Assembly: GCA_964566225.1 (NCBI GenBank)
Contig: CAZMHV010000003.1
Location: 6,658-70,657 of the forward strand
DNA: 64,000 bases
Reading direction: 5' to 3'
DNA from: an uncultured Gammaproteobacteria bacterium
Lineage (GTDB): Bacteria; Patescibacteriota; Patescibacteriia; Magasanikbacterales; UBA922
Under the pieces are notes generated by a model. It was not told the DNA's origin and did not search any database. It saw nothing but the letters and a program-made list of their open reading frames with translations. Of the stretch, positions 9,599 through 18,230 are shown piece by piece (position 1 is the stretch's first letter; each line of letters begins with the position of its first letter). Both the position numbers and the translations under genes were made by a program.

Positions 9599-10393
9599 AT
9601 GTCCTACATAAAAACTCCCCAAGAACTCAAACAAATTATTGAAGGCGGCCAAAAAATGGGCGAAATTTTGGAACAGCTCGAACCCATGATTCAAGCAGGG
9701 GTGAGTGGTTTTGAAATTGATGCCGAAGCTGAGCGTCTTATTCGTGCCTCTGGCGGCGTGCCTGCGTTCAAAGGATACAAATCTCGCAAAAGTGATCCAC
9801 CATTTCCTGGAACGCTCTGTTTTTGTCTCAACGACGAGGTAGTACATGGAATTCCTACCAAACAAAAAATTATTCAAAAGGGTGACCTGGTAACTTTGGA
9901 TATTGGCATGCAGTGGCCTGCAAAAGGTGGTTACTTTACTGATACCGCACTGACCGTGCCTGTGGGCAAAGTTCCTGTGCGTGTGCGCAATTTGCTTGCG
10001 GTCACCAGTGAAGCACTTGAAATTGGGATTGAACAAGTAAAAATTGGTAACACGATTGCAGATATTGGACGTGCCATTGAAAAGTATGTACACAAACAAG
10101 GCAAATATGGCATTGTAGAGGACTTAGTGGGTCATGGCGTAGGTCATGCTGTGCACGAAGATCCTCGTGTACCAAATTATGAAGACAGAGATTTAGAAGA
10201 ATGGGAGATTGTGCCTGGTGTGGTGATTGCTATTGAACCAATGATTACTCTCGGTACCCACAAAGTTGTGATGGCCGCAGATGGCTGGAGTATTTTGACT
10301 GCAGACCAGAGTTTAAGTGCACACTTTGAACATACGATTGCTGTGACAGAAGAGGGACCTGTGGTGGTGACCAGGAGACCGAGTGAACGATAA
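9599..10393 (+). CDS. map: Methionine aminopeptidase type I
   Basis: 264 aa with metal-binding residues in MAP-I context ('...DIGMQW...', 'HGVGHAVHEDP', 'EPMITLG'). Confidence 0.88.
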   Translation: MSYIKTPQELKQIIEGGQKMGEILEQLEPMIQAGVSGFEIDAEAERLIRASGGVPAFKGYKSRKSDPPFPGTLCFCLNDEVVHGIPTKQKIIQKGDLVTLDIGMQWPAKGGYFTDTALTVPVGKVPVRVRNLLAVTSEALEIGIEQVKIGNTIADIGRAIEKYVHKQGKYGIVEDLVGHGVGHAVHEDPRVPNYEDRDLEEWEIVPGVVIAIEPMITLGTHKVVMAADGWSILTADQSLSAHFEHTIAVTEEGPVVVTRRPSER

Positions 10394-11033
10394 TATGAAT
10401 TCATTTGAAAGTGTAGAAAAGATCGTTGAAAGAATTCAACGGGGGGAAATTGTTATTGTGCTTGACGAACAAAGAGAACACGAAGCTGACCTTATTGTTT
10501 CTGCTGAGCTGGTTACTCCAGAGCATATTAATTTTATGATTACGTGGGGCAGGGGACTGGTGTGTGTGCCCATGGAAGCAAATCGTTTAAAAGAACTTCA
10601 GTTAGGACCGATCGAACGTTCGTCAGATCCTTTTGGGACAAAATGGTGCACTTCAGTTGATGCACGTGAAGGAATTACCACAGGGATTTCTGCATTTGAT
10701 CGTGCTCGAACGATTCGTCTGCTTGCTTGTGATGGAATCTCTGAAGATTTTACAACTCCTGGCCATATATTTCCGCTCCAAGGAGCATTGGGAGGAATGA
10801 GTGAACGTCAGGGTCATACAGAAAGTTCTTTGGCCCTTATGAAAGCAGCAGGACTTGCTCCTGCCGCAGTTATTTGTGAGATTCTTCGAGATGATGGTCA
10901 TGTGGCTCAGTTATCTGACTTGATGGATTTTGCAAAAAAACATGGTTTAGGGATGTGTACGATTGAACAAATTATTTCGTTTACAAAGGATATAAATTAT
11001 ACAGAGTATGAATATTCCATACCTTCTCGTTGA
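10383..11033 (+). CDS. ribB: 3,4-dihydroxy-2-butanone 4-phosphate synthase-like protein
   Basis: 'VLDEQREHEADLIVSAE' matches the DHBP synthase active-site region (RExEGDL-like). 216 aa. An alternative start at 10395 avoids the overlap with map. Confidence 0.7.
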   Translation: MNDNMNSFESVEKIVERIQRGEIVIVLDEQREHEADLIVSAELVTPEHINFMITWGRGLVCVPMEANRLKELQLGPIERSSDPFGTKWCTSVDAREGITTGISAFDRARTIRLLACDGISEDFTTPGHIFPLQGALGGMSERQGHTESSLALMKAAGLAPAAVICEILRDDGHVAQLSDLMDFAKKHGLGMCTIEQIISFTKDINYTEYEYSIPSR

Positions 11034-11043
11034 CTTTAATGAA

Positions 11044-11310
11044 ATGGTTGATTCTGATACCGTATTGCTTTCATCGGATGATAAAAAAATTGATTTTGAA
11101 GGGAATGAGATTCTTTTGGAGGAAGGGCAAAAAGTTTTTGTATATATGCCAGACATTGATGAACAAGGGAATTTTGATACTTTAGCGGCTCAAGGAACAG
11201 TCGTCAAAAATTCTTACGATGTTGTTTGGACCCAAAAGGCAAAGTGGGTGTGTAAAATAGATAACAATGGTATACGACATAAATCAGAAATTTTAGACAA
11301 TGGAGTATAA
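11044..11310 (+). CDS. Hypothetical protein
   Basis: ORF 11008–11310 trimmed to the internal ATG to avoid a 26-nt overlap with ribB. Acidic, no motifs. Confidence 0.35.
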   Translation: MVDSDTVLLSSDDKKIDFEGNEILLEEGQKVFVYMPDIDEQGNFDTLAAQGTVVKNSYDVVWTQKAKWVCKIDNNGIRHKSEILDNGV

Positions 11311-11319
11311 AATTTTTTT

Positions 11320-11703
11320 ATGAATATTCTCGGCATTGACTTTGGACAAAAACGCATTGGCTTGGCTTGGGTTCAACAAGGCCTTGATGTTATTTTGCCA
11401 TACGGTTTGATACAAAATTCTCCAGAACAAATAGTCCCTGATGAACTGGTAACACTCATCAAAGAAGAACGAATCAATAAAGTAGTTATTGGTGTGCCAC
11501 TTGGAATGGAAGGCGAAGAGAATACGAACACCAAACGTGTTCGTGCCTTTGGCGAAGAACTCGGCAAGCAAATTGATTTGCCCATTGAATTTATTGACGA
11601 ACGATTTACCACGCATGAAGCGAGTCGAATGGGTGGCACAGCAAGCATTGATGAAAAGTCTGCCATGCTGATTTTGGAAACATACATGGAACTCCACAAA
11701 TAG
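11320..11703 (+). CDS. ruvX: Putative pre-16S rRNA nuclease / Holliday-junction resolvase-like YqgF (RuvX)
   Basis: 'ILGIDFGQKRIGLA' N-terminus, RNase H-like YqgF signature. 127 aa. Confidence 0.82.
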   Translation: MNILGIDFGQKRIGLAWVQQGLDVILPYGLIQNSPEQIVPDELVTLIKEERINKVVIGVPLGMEGEENTNTKRVRAFGEELGKQIDLPIEFIDERFTTHEASRMGGTASIDEKSAMLILETYMELHK

Positions 11704-11725
11704 AAATGTTTGGTTGTGAAAATAT

Positions 11726-12481
11726 ATGCAAGCTATTGTTTTGTCGCGGCAGGACTTCAAAGAATACGATCAAATTATTTCTTTGTACACGCGTGAAGAG
11801 GGAAGACGAGATTTGCTCGCGCGTGGCATCAAAAAAATTGTGAGTAAAAATGCGGCTCAACTCGAGCCCTGTTCTGTGGTAGAAGTTGGTGTGGCACATG
11901 GCAAGGATTTGGATATTGTGACCAATGTGCAAATAGAAAAATATTTTCCACAGATTCGACGGAGTTACTACAAATCACTCCTGGGACTTTGGGCGACTGA
12001 CCTCACCAAAGTTTTTTTTACTTCACCCGAGCGTGACGAACGAGTATTTTTACTGCTTTCGTCGTGGCTTGCTCACGTTGACGCTGCTCCACAAATTTCG
12101 CCATATATTCTCGATGCTCTTGTATTACGCAGCTTAAGTTTTTTGGGGCTGACTCCGGTGATTGATCATTGTGCCGAGTGTGAACGGGTGAGAGCAGGGG
12201 AGACATTTTTCTTTTCACCGTCACGGGGTGGAATTGTGTGTTCGTCTTGCCGAAACCAAAAGACGCTTCCGAGCGAAGTGTGGTACCGTGTGAGTAAAGA
12301 CTTTTTGCAAGGGATCTCTGAAATTCTTTTTTCTCCTTGGGAGCAACTTTCGGCCTTTTCGCGTGACAAAAAGGCCTATGTGCAGCTCCACCGCCTTACT
12401 TTGTCATTTGTTCAGTATCACCATGAGGCCAATCTCAAAGACTGGTGGAAAATAGCTAAATTAAGCAAATTTTTTATATAA
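11726..12481 (+). CDS. recO: DNA repair protein RecO
   Basis: OB-fold N-terminus followed by Cys4 zinc motif 'CAEC...CSSC'. 251 aa. Confidence 0.75.
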   Translation: MQAIVLSRQDFKEYDQIISLYTREEGRRDLLARGIKKIVSKNAAQLEPCSVVEVGVAHGKDLDIVTNVQIEKYFPQIRRSYYKSLLGLWATDLTKVFFTSPERDERVFLLLSSWLAHVDAAPQISPYILDALVLRSLSFLGLTPVIDHCAECERVRAGETFFFSPSRGGIVCSSCRNQKTLPSEVWYRVSKDFLQGISEILFSPWEQLSAFSRDKKAYVQLHRLTLSFVQYHHEANLKDWWKIAKLSKFFI

Positions 12482-12513
12482 ACCAGAAGACCAGGGTGGG
12501 GATGAATACCCCC

Positions 12514-12542
12514 TTGACTTCTGTCTCAAAATCCAGTATACT
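12514..12542 (+). promoter_or_regulatory. Sigma70-like promoter for rpmG
   Basis: TTGACT (12514–12519), a 17-nt spacer, then TATACT (12537–12542), about 40 nt upstream of the rpmG start. Confidence 0.5.
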
Positions 12543-12583
12543 GTTCTCACTTATACAAATTCCGACTTTTTAAGCCTTACTCT

Positions 12584-12739
12584 ATGGCACGCGCTAAAAA
12601 CAATGCAAAAATGGAATGTTCTGTCTGCAAAATGACAAATTATTTTCCAAACAAAAATAAAAAGCTCAAGACCAAACTCGAGCTGAGTAAGTACTGCCAA
12701 CACTGCGGACACCACGAAACACATAAAGAAACCAAGTAA
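12584..12739 (+). CDS. rpmG: 50S ribosomal protein L33 (zinc-ribbon type)
   Basis: 51-aa ORF 'MARAKNNAKMECSVCKMTNYFPNKNKKLKTKLELSKYCQHCGHHETHKETK' with CxxC...CxxC. Below the ORF-track cutoff. Confidence 0.75.
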   Translation: MARAKNNAKMECSVCKMTNYFPNKNKKLKTKLELSKYCQHCGHHETHKETK

Positions 12740-12745
12740 AAACCT

Positions 12746-12773
12746 GAGGCCGACCATATCGGCCTCTTGATTT
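12746..12773 (+). terminator. Hairpin after rpmG
   Basis: GAGGCCG(accatat)CGGCCTC followed by TTGATTT. Confidence 0.45.
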
Positions 12774-12808
12774 ATATCTGGATTTTGGGTAAAATATTCA
12801 AACCAAAT

Positions 12809-12879
12809 GGGCGCGTCGTATAATGGTAGTACTGCGGTCTCCAAAACCGTATGCGTGGGTTCGATTCCCCCCGCGCCTG
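12809..12879 (+). tRNA. tRNA-Trp (anticodon CCA)
   Basis: Manual fold: 7-bp acceptor stem (one G-U), D-arm, anticodon stem GCGGT/ACCGT with loop cuCCAaa, T-loop GGTTCGATTCC, discriminator G. CCA is not encoded. Confidence 0.75.
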
Positions 12880-12890
12880 CTAGTGAAAAT

Positions 12891-12916
12891 AGAGCTTCAT
12901 TGAGCTCTGTTTTTTG
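12891..12916 (+). terminator. Rho-independent terminator after tRNA-Trp
   Basis: AGAGCT(tcattg)AGCTCT followed by GTTTTTT. Confidence 0.55.
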
Positions 12917-13018
12917 TATACCCGCAAGTGGAATCGAACTATTCTTTGGAAAAATATAGATTTTTTTATGAGATACTGTTAAAATAAAAACAATTTATAA
13001 TATGTGTGAATTAATTTT

Positions 13019-15004
13019 ATGAAGACAAAAAGTCGTAAACAGCAATATAAGCTTTACCTTGCTAGTGGCATTACTCTCTGGAAAACATATTTTCATAAAA
13101 ATTACTCACCTTTTTTTAATAAAAAAGTGGGGCTTTTTGAGCCTGGGACTTTAGATAATCCGAATGATCACCGTTTTATTCCTATTGGAATTGCTTGTTA
13201 CGATCTCAACGAGATTAACCATGCAGACGCACTTCTTGTGTATATGAAGCATTACCAATCTCTTGATGGATCTCCAACTGGTACAGATAGTACTTGGGAA
13301 TGTGGATATGCAATTGGAAAAGGGAAACCCGTAGTTATGCTGATTGAAGATAAGGACCATATTGATTACTACGCTTCACAGTGGATGGTAAGTTTTAGTA
13401 TTAATGCTATTCTTACCGTTCATAAAGAAGTGGCAGAGATTGTAAAAAAACATCCAAAATTTGTTCATACCACTGTTCTTTTGGCAGAAAACAAAAATCA
13501 ATTTGAGACAAAAGTAACTGAATATCTAGATAATTATTATAGATCAATATATTCTCGTTCAGGGGTCATTAATTACGCAGTAGATAAAAGAGCTCGAGAA
13601 CTTTTTAGTAGAAAGAGTTTATCGGATATAATTTTTACAGAGAGTGCACCTCATAAAAAAGTAGTTGAAAAATTGAATAATTTGGAGGATTTAAAATTTA
13701 CGTCAGACGAAGATGCTCTGGTAGTCTGTGCAATAGAAAGATATATTTCGGAGTTGTTTAAAAGATCTCTTTCTGAAGAGGGGATTGATTCAGCAATTTC
13801 AGCGGTGATAAAAGTTTGGAACAAAAAGGAAAATTATATCTTGGATTGTTTAGAATACTCTTTAATACCACCTTTCGCAGAGGTAAAAAATAGACATTCA
13901 GGTATAAAAAAAATAAGACCAGAATTATTTTTTGAGTTGTATGACTTAGTAAACCATCATGTAGTTTCGGAAGCTCGTTCGATCAAGTCAGAATCTTTCC
14001 CTTATGATATCGGCGCAGTAGTGGAACTGTATAATTGGATGAATACCTATGCTTTAGATGACGTGTTCGATAATTCTGAAATGAGACAGCGTTCAAAAAC
14101 TGTCTGGAAAGCATTTTCCAGAAGAGACGCAATATATACTGGTTTATTAGGCCATTTATTACCACTGAAGTACTTCTTTATTATTGCCACTGAAAATAAA
14201 CAGATAGGTGAAGGTCTGGCAAAGGTAATGAATGATTATAATTATATAATGTACCAAGGACAGGTTTTTGATTTACAACTCACGTTTAATTCAGAAAAAA
14301 AGAAAAAGCTTCTCCAAAAGAAGAATTTGGAAGAAATGCTTCGAATATACTTACAAAGAATTTATGGGATTTGTGGAGGCTTTTTTGAAGCGATTGGCGA
14401 ATTGTCTGCGAAAGCAGGGGATAAAGAAGAACAAATTATGAACGCTGCGGAAATTGATGTCGTTGCTCCGATAATTGGTATGTATTATGGGATTATTCAG
14501 ATGATACGAAATGACCTTGGAGATTATATTATTGTTGAAGAAGTTTCTGGAATGAGTAAAGGTATGAAAGGGGTATCTCATTGCGATATTACTGAGGGGA
14601 AAGTTGATATTACCTATTTGATAGCGATGTACTCATCCGTTTTGGATAAAAAAGAGAAAAAGTTTTTATATGAGTCTTTGTTTAAAAAATTGAGTCAAAA
14701 ACAGAAGTTAAAGATTAATGAGCTACTTTGGAAATCAGGAGCTATAGATCTCACCGTTGAATTGATTCATAATATCATTAAACATGTTAATACTACACTA
14801 CTGACGAAGTATCACGAAACCCCCACACGCACAAAGTGGATGTTCAGTTTAATGGATATTACAAAGGAAGTGTTGATCCCATTCAAGGATCAAGCCTCAA
14901 AATTTGGTTGGATGAAGTATGAATATGATAAAGAACTTCTTGAAGATGTGACAAAGAAAGTTTTAAGCTTAGAAAATAAAACAAAGGGACAGAGGTTGAA
15001 ATAA
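13019..15004 (+). CDS. Fusion protein: N-terminal nucleoside 2-deoxyribosyltransferase-like domain, C-terminal polyprenyl (isoprenyl diphosphate) synthase-like domain
   Basis: N-terminus '...DSTWECGYAIGKGKPVVML' resembles the NDT/flavodoxin-fold 'DSGTxFExGYAxAxGKPV' motif. C-terminus has FARM-like 'ALDDVFDNSEMRQR', then 'GICGGFFEAIGELSAKAGDKEEQI...IQMIRNDLGDY...KGMKGVSHCDITEGKVDITYLIAMY', collinear with trans-prenyltransferase SARM regions. The second Asp-rich motif is degenerate (NDLGD). Confidence 0.5.
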   Translation: MKTKSRKQQYKLYLASGITLWKTYFHKNYSPFFNKKVGLFEPGTLDNPNDHRFIPIGIACYDLNEINHADALLVYMKHYQSLDGSPTGTDSTWECGYAIGKGKPVVMLIEDKDHIDYYASQWMVSFSINAILTVHKEVAEIVKKHPKFVHTTVLLAENKNQFETKVTEYLDNYYRSIYSRSGVINYAVDKRARELFSRKSLSDIIFTESAPHKKVVEKLNNLEDLKFTSDEDALVVCAIERYISELFKRSLSEEGIDSAISAVIKVWNKKENYILDCLEYSLIPPFAEVKNRHSGIKKIRPELFFELYDLVNHHVVSEARSIKSESFPYDIGAVVELYNWMNTYALDDVFDNSEMRQRSKTVWKAFSRRDAIYTGLLGHLLPLKYFFIIATENKQIGEGLAKVMNDYNYIMYQGQVFDLQLTFNSEKKKKLLQKKNLEEMLRIYLQRIYGICGGFFEAIGELSAKAGDKEEQIMNAAEIDVVAPIIGMYYGIIQMIRNDLGDYIIVEEVSGMSKGMKGVSHCDITEGKVDITYLIAMYSSVLDKKEKKFLYESLFKKLSQKQKLKINELLWKSGAIDLTVELIHNIIKHVNTTLLTKYHETPTRTKWMFSLMDITKEVLIPFKDQASKFGWMKYEYDKELLEDVTKKVLSLENKTKGQRLK

Positions 15005-15055
15005 ATAGTGAGTAGGCTAGGGGACTAGGAATGAATAAAGTTTGGAATATAAACA

Positions 15056-15151
15056 TATCCCTTTTCTCCTTTCAAAATAGTTCCAACTTCCTCCACAATG
15101 GCCTGCAGATAAAAACATAGCTCGATCATGCTATGTTTTTTTGTACAAATG
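15056..15151 (+). repeat. Conserved intergenic element, copy A (ends in terminator hairpin 15111–15143)
   Basis: Shares the core '...TTCCAAC..CC.CACAATGGCCTGCA.AT.AAAACATAGCT..[hairpin]..TTTTTT.TA(C)AAA' with copies B and C. Confidence 0.7.
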
Positions 15152-15261
15152 AAAAAAATTATCGATAAAAATAGACTTAAATAAGCAATAATCTTTCTGA
15201 ATGATTGAATTATCATTCAAATAGTGTTAAGGTATAAACTCTGTACTTTTAAAAAGAATCT

Positions 15262-16635
15262 ATGATTTCAGTAATAATTCCCATTTTGAACGAAGAAAAA
15301 ACAATACAAAATATTATTCGATCTGTTCAAAAATATAAAGAAGTAACTGAAATTATTGTTGTTGATGATAAATCAATTGATCGGAGTGTGGAGATTGTAA
15401 AGTTATTGGGTGTTAAGATTATTACGAGCACAAAACTTGGGAAAGGAGCATCAATGCGTGATGGAGTTTTATTTGCAAAAAATGATATTATTGTTTTTCT
15501 CGATGGTGATATAAAAAAATATGCTGATGGTTTTTTAAAAAAAATAACGAAGCCAATTTTAAGTGGAAAGTGTGATTTTGTAAAAACGACATTTGATAGA
15601 GAAGCGGGGAGGGTAACGGAGTTAGTAGCGAAGCCTTTGTTAAGTTTATTATTTCCAAAATTGGCAAAATTTTCTCAACCTTTGAGTGGCATAATCGCAG
15701 GGAAAAAGGAATATTTTGAAAAGATTACTTTTGAAGATGATTATGGTGTTGATATTGGAATTTTGATTGATATGCATCAACTTGGAGCGAAAATATGTGA
15801 AGTTAAGATTGGAAAAATTGAGCATAAAATGAAGATGTGGCAAGAACTGAGCTCTATGTCAAAAGATGTTTCGAAGGCAATACTAAAAAGAGCCAATAAT
15901 TCTTCAACATTGGCTTTGAATCAGTTGGAAACAATTAGTATTATTCGTGATCAAATGGGGTTCGCTATCAAGGAATCTTTGAAAAAAATGAAAAAAATGG
16001 TTATTTTTGATATGGATGATACTATATTGAAGGGAAGATTTGTTTATGAATTTGCGACTCGATTTGGTTTTAAAAGGGAGTTGTTAAAAATTGTTCGTCT
16101 TCATAAAGATCCACTTATTCGTACTAAACGTATTGCCAATTTAATGCGTGGATTTGATATAGGTCAAATAATTGAATTTGTCGAAGCTATGCCAATAGTT
16201 TCAGATATTACTGAAACTATTAAAATTTTAAAATCGAGAGGGTATGTTGTTGGAATTATTAGTGATAGTTATGATGTCGTTGCTCAACATATCAAACATA
16301 AGGTAGATGCTGATTTTTCTTTGGCGAACGAGTTAGAATTTTCTAAAAGTGTCACAACTGGTGAAGTAAAAATTCCATCTTTTTTTATTAAAAATAAAGA
16401 CAGTAAGTGTCAACATAGTGTATGCAAAAGTAATGCGTTGCTGAGTGTAAGCAAATCGTATTCAATCGGTATACGGAATATTATTTCTGTGGGTGATGGT
16501 GAAGGAGATATTTGTATGGTAAAATATTCAGGATTAGGAGTCGCATTTTGTTCTAAAAACAAAGACCTAAAAAAAATTGCCCAAGTTGAAATTTTGAAAA
16601 GAGAGTTTTTACCAATGCTTCATATCGCCTTATAA
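15262..16635 (+). CDS. Bifunctional-looking glycosyltransferase (GT2/GT81-like, GpgS/MpgS-like) fused to HAD-superfamily phosphatase
   Basis: N-terminus 'VIIPILNEEKTI...VVDDKSIDRS...FLDGD' has the GT-A fold with DxD. C-terminus 'MVIFDMDDTIL ... SVGDGEGDI' shows HAD motifs I and IV. 457 aa. Confidence 0.6.
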   Translation: MISVIIPILNEEKTIQNIIRSVQKYKEVTEIIVVDDKSIDRSVEIVKLLGVKIITSTKLGKGASMRDGVLFAKNDIIVFLDGDIKKYADGFLKKITKPILSGKCDFVKTTFDREAGRVTELVAKPLLSLLFPKLAKFSQPLSGIIAGKKEYFEKITFEDDYGVDIGILIDMHQLGAKICEVKIGKIEHKMKMWQELSSMSKDVSKAILKRANNSSTLALNQLETISIIRDQMGFAIKESLKKMKKMVIFDMDDTILKGRFVYEFATRFGFKRELLKIVRLHKDPLIRTKRIANLMRGFDIGQIIEFVEAMPIVSDITETIKILKSRGYVVGIISDSYDVVAQHIKHKVDADFSLANELEFSKSVTTGEVKIPSFFIKNKDSKCQHSVCKSNALLSVSKSYSIGIRNIISVGDGEGDICMVKYSGLGVAFCSKNKDLKKIAQVEILKREFLPMLHIAL

Positions 16636-16638
16636 AAT

Positions 16639-17115
16639 ATGACCCAAAATAAAAAAAAGAATCAAGCAAATTTAATCGCTTCACTCCTTCATATTTTTGG
16701 ACTTTGTATTGTTGTCATTTTGGTAAGTATTTCTGTAATTCATAGGTCATCTCTTATCGGGTGGGCATTAATTTTTCTCGGTCTTTTTTGTTTGGCAAGT
16801 TTATCTTTTTTGAAGATCAGTTTGAAATCTCTTCAACCAGATATTATTTTTGGTATTATTGATAATGGTATTTTAGTTGTTACTGCACTTTTTGGAGCTC
16901 ATTTTGCAGGAGTTTCTGGTGCGGTTGTTGGTGGGGTAGTTGGAAACGCTCTCACCGATGGTATCGCAGGAGTGTTTGAGGGCTATTCTGCTGAAAAACT
17001 TCGTTCTTTGGAAATTTCAGAACAACGAACGGTTTTAAAGTCAGCCGTTGGGAAAATGGCTGGGTGTCTTTTGGGAGCAGGTTTTGTTTTAATGGTGGTT
17101 GAATTTTTATTTTAG
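16639..17115 (+). CDS. Hypothetical membrane protein
   Basis: 158 aa with 4 predicted TM segments and Gly-rich helices. Confidence 0.5.
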   Translation: MTQNKKKNQANLIASLLHIFGLCIVVILVSISVIHRSSLIGWALIFLGLFCLASLSFLKISLKSLQPDIIFGIIDNGILVVTALFGAHFAGVSGAVVGGVVGNALTDGIAGVFEGYSAEKLRSLEISEQRTVLKSAVGKMAGCLLGAGFVLMVVEFLF

Positions 17116-17210
17116 ACTTTTGATTTTTTCTGTTATTGGATCTGTTTGATTCTGAGGTATTGTTTTTGATAAACTAAATCTGACACGGTGTCAAATGAAG
17201 GATATAAATG

Positions 17211-17306
17211 TATCCTTTGTTTTCTTGGAAAGTAATTTCAATATCCTTCACGATGGCCTGCACATGAAAACATAGCTTCAATGAGCTGTGTTTTTTTATA
17301 CAAAAT
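17211..17306 (+). repeat. Conserved intergenic element, copy B (terminator hairpin 17267–17297)
   Basis: 'TATCCTTTG...TTTCAATATCCTTCACGATGGCCTGCACATGAAAACATAGCTtcaatgAGCTGTGTTTTTTTATACAAAATGG', alignable to copies A and C. Confidence 0.7.
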
Positions 17307-17392
17307 GGACGAATGTGTTGAAAGTTGGTACACTAATTTAAACTCCAATATTTAGTTTTTAACTATATCTGATTTAGATGTAAAGACAAAAT

Positions 17393-18034
17393 ATGCAGAT
17401 AGCTAATAAAATATCTTCGTGGCAAGAACTTTCAAAACGAGATAAAGTAATTTTTTTGGCGTACTATTTTCTTATTTGTATTTTCCCAATAATTTCTATA
17501 CTTGCCTTTCTTGATTTATCTCCACTTTCAAAATTTTCAGAAGGACTTTCTGGATTTATTGGTGTGGGGTTATTTTTGTTGTTTCCTGTTATTACATTTA
17601 CTTTGCTTCAAGAACGAATACATTTAATACTTCGCTCTCCTCTTCGTTTTTTTTCTCCTTTTTTTATACAGGCAGGCTTTTTGATATTTAATTTTTTCCT
17701 TCATAGAGAAGACGTTATTCAAAGTATTATTATTTCTGTGCTTTCTGAATTTTGTGGTTTATTTTTAATCTTGTCATCTAGTATCATTTTTCTTATTTAC
17801 AAAAAACGGATTGCTCGGGTAGAACGAATTGGTGACAAGTTGGTAAAGTTAGGTTTTGGGTTATTTATTACACTATTTTTATGGATACCTTTGGTGGCTT
17901 TGGGCTATGCTTACTTTATGAATAGCTTGAAGTTCACTCCACTTTTTGCATTCATTGCGATCATACAGTTTTTTACCGGCGTTATCACTGTGGCTCTTTC
18001 ACAAAAAAAATTATTAAAAGATGGCACTATATAA
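17393..18034 (+). CDS. Hypothetical polytopic membrane protein
   Basis: 213 aa with about 6 TM segments and no motifs. Confidence 0.5.
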   Translation: MQIANKISSWQELSKRDKVIFLAYYFLICIFPIISILAFLDLSPLSKFSEGLSGFIGVGLFLLFPVITFTLLQERIHLILRSPLRFFSPFFIQAGFLIFNFFLHREDVIQSIIISVLSEFCGLFLILSSSIIFLIYKKRIARVERIGDKLVKLGFGLFITLFLWIPLVALGYAYFMNSLKFTPLFAFIAIIQFFTGVITVALSQKKLLKDGTI

Positions 18035-18054
18035 ATTAAATTTTTGAATATAGA

Positions 18055-18152
18055 CAATACTTTTTTTCTTCTTGTAGAATAGTTCCAACCTTGCTTACTC
18101 TGGCCTGCACGCTAAAACACTGCTAATATAAGCTGTATTTTTTATACATTGC
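18055..18152 (+). repeat. Conserved intergenic element, copy C (degenerate hairpin followed by T6)
   Basis: '...TAGAATAGTTCCAACCTTGCTTACTCTGGCCTGCACGCTAAAACACTGCTaatataAGCTGTATTTTTTATACATTG'. The hairpin has two mismatches. Confidence 0.65.
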
Positions 18153-18230
18153 CCAGTTTTTGTTTAAGCCTTGAAAGAAAACCCTCTTCTTGATAGTGTT
18201 ATATGTATTATTTCCCTTATTTTTCATTGT

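Noticed and set aside
9041-10099. 352-aa minus-strand ORF antisense to adk/map
   Set aside because: Overlaps two well-supported plus-strand genes. The protein is Phe/Asn-rich with no motifs, an AT-rich antisense artefact.
12482-12583. Possible small RNA between recO and rpmG
   Set aside because: The region is explained by a canonical -35/-10 promoter (TTGACT-17-TATACT) and a short leader for rpmG. No stable structure was seen.
15025-15216. 63-aa minus-strand ORF overlapping intergenic repeat copy A
   Set aside because: It coincides with the conserved non-coding repeat and its terminator hairpin. No equivalent ORF exists in copies B and C.
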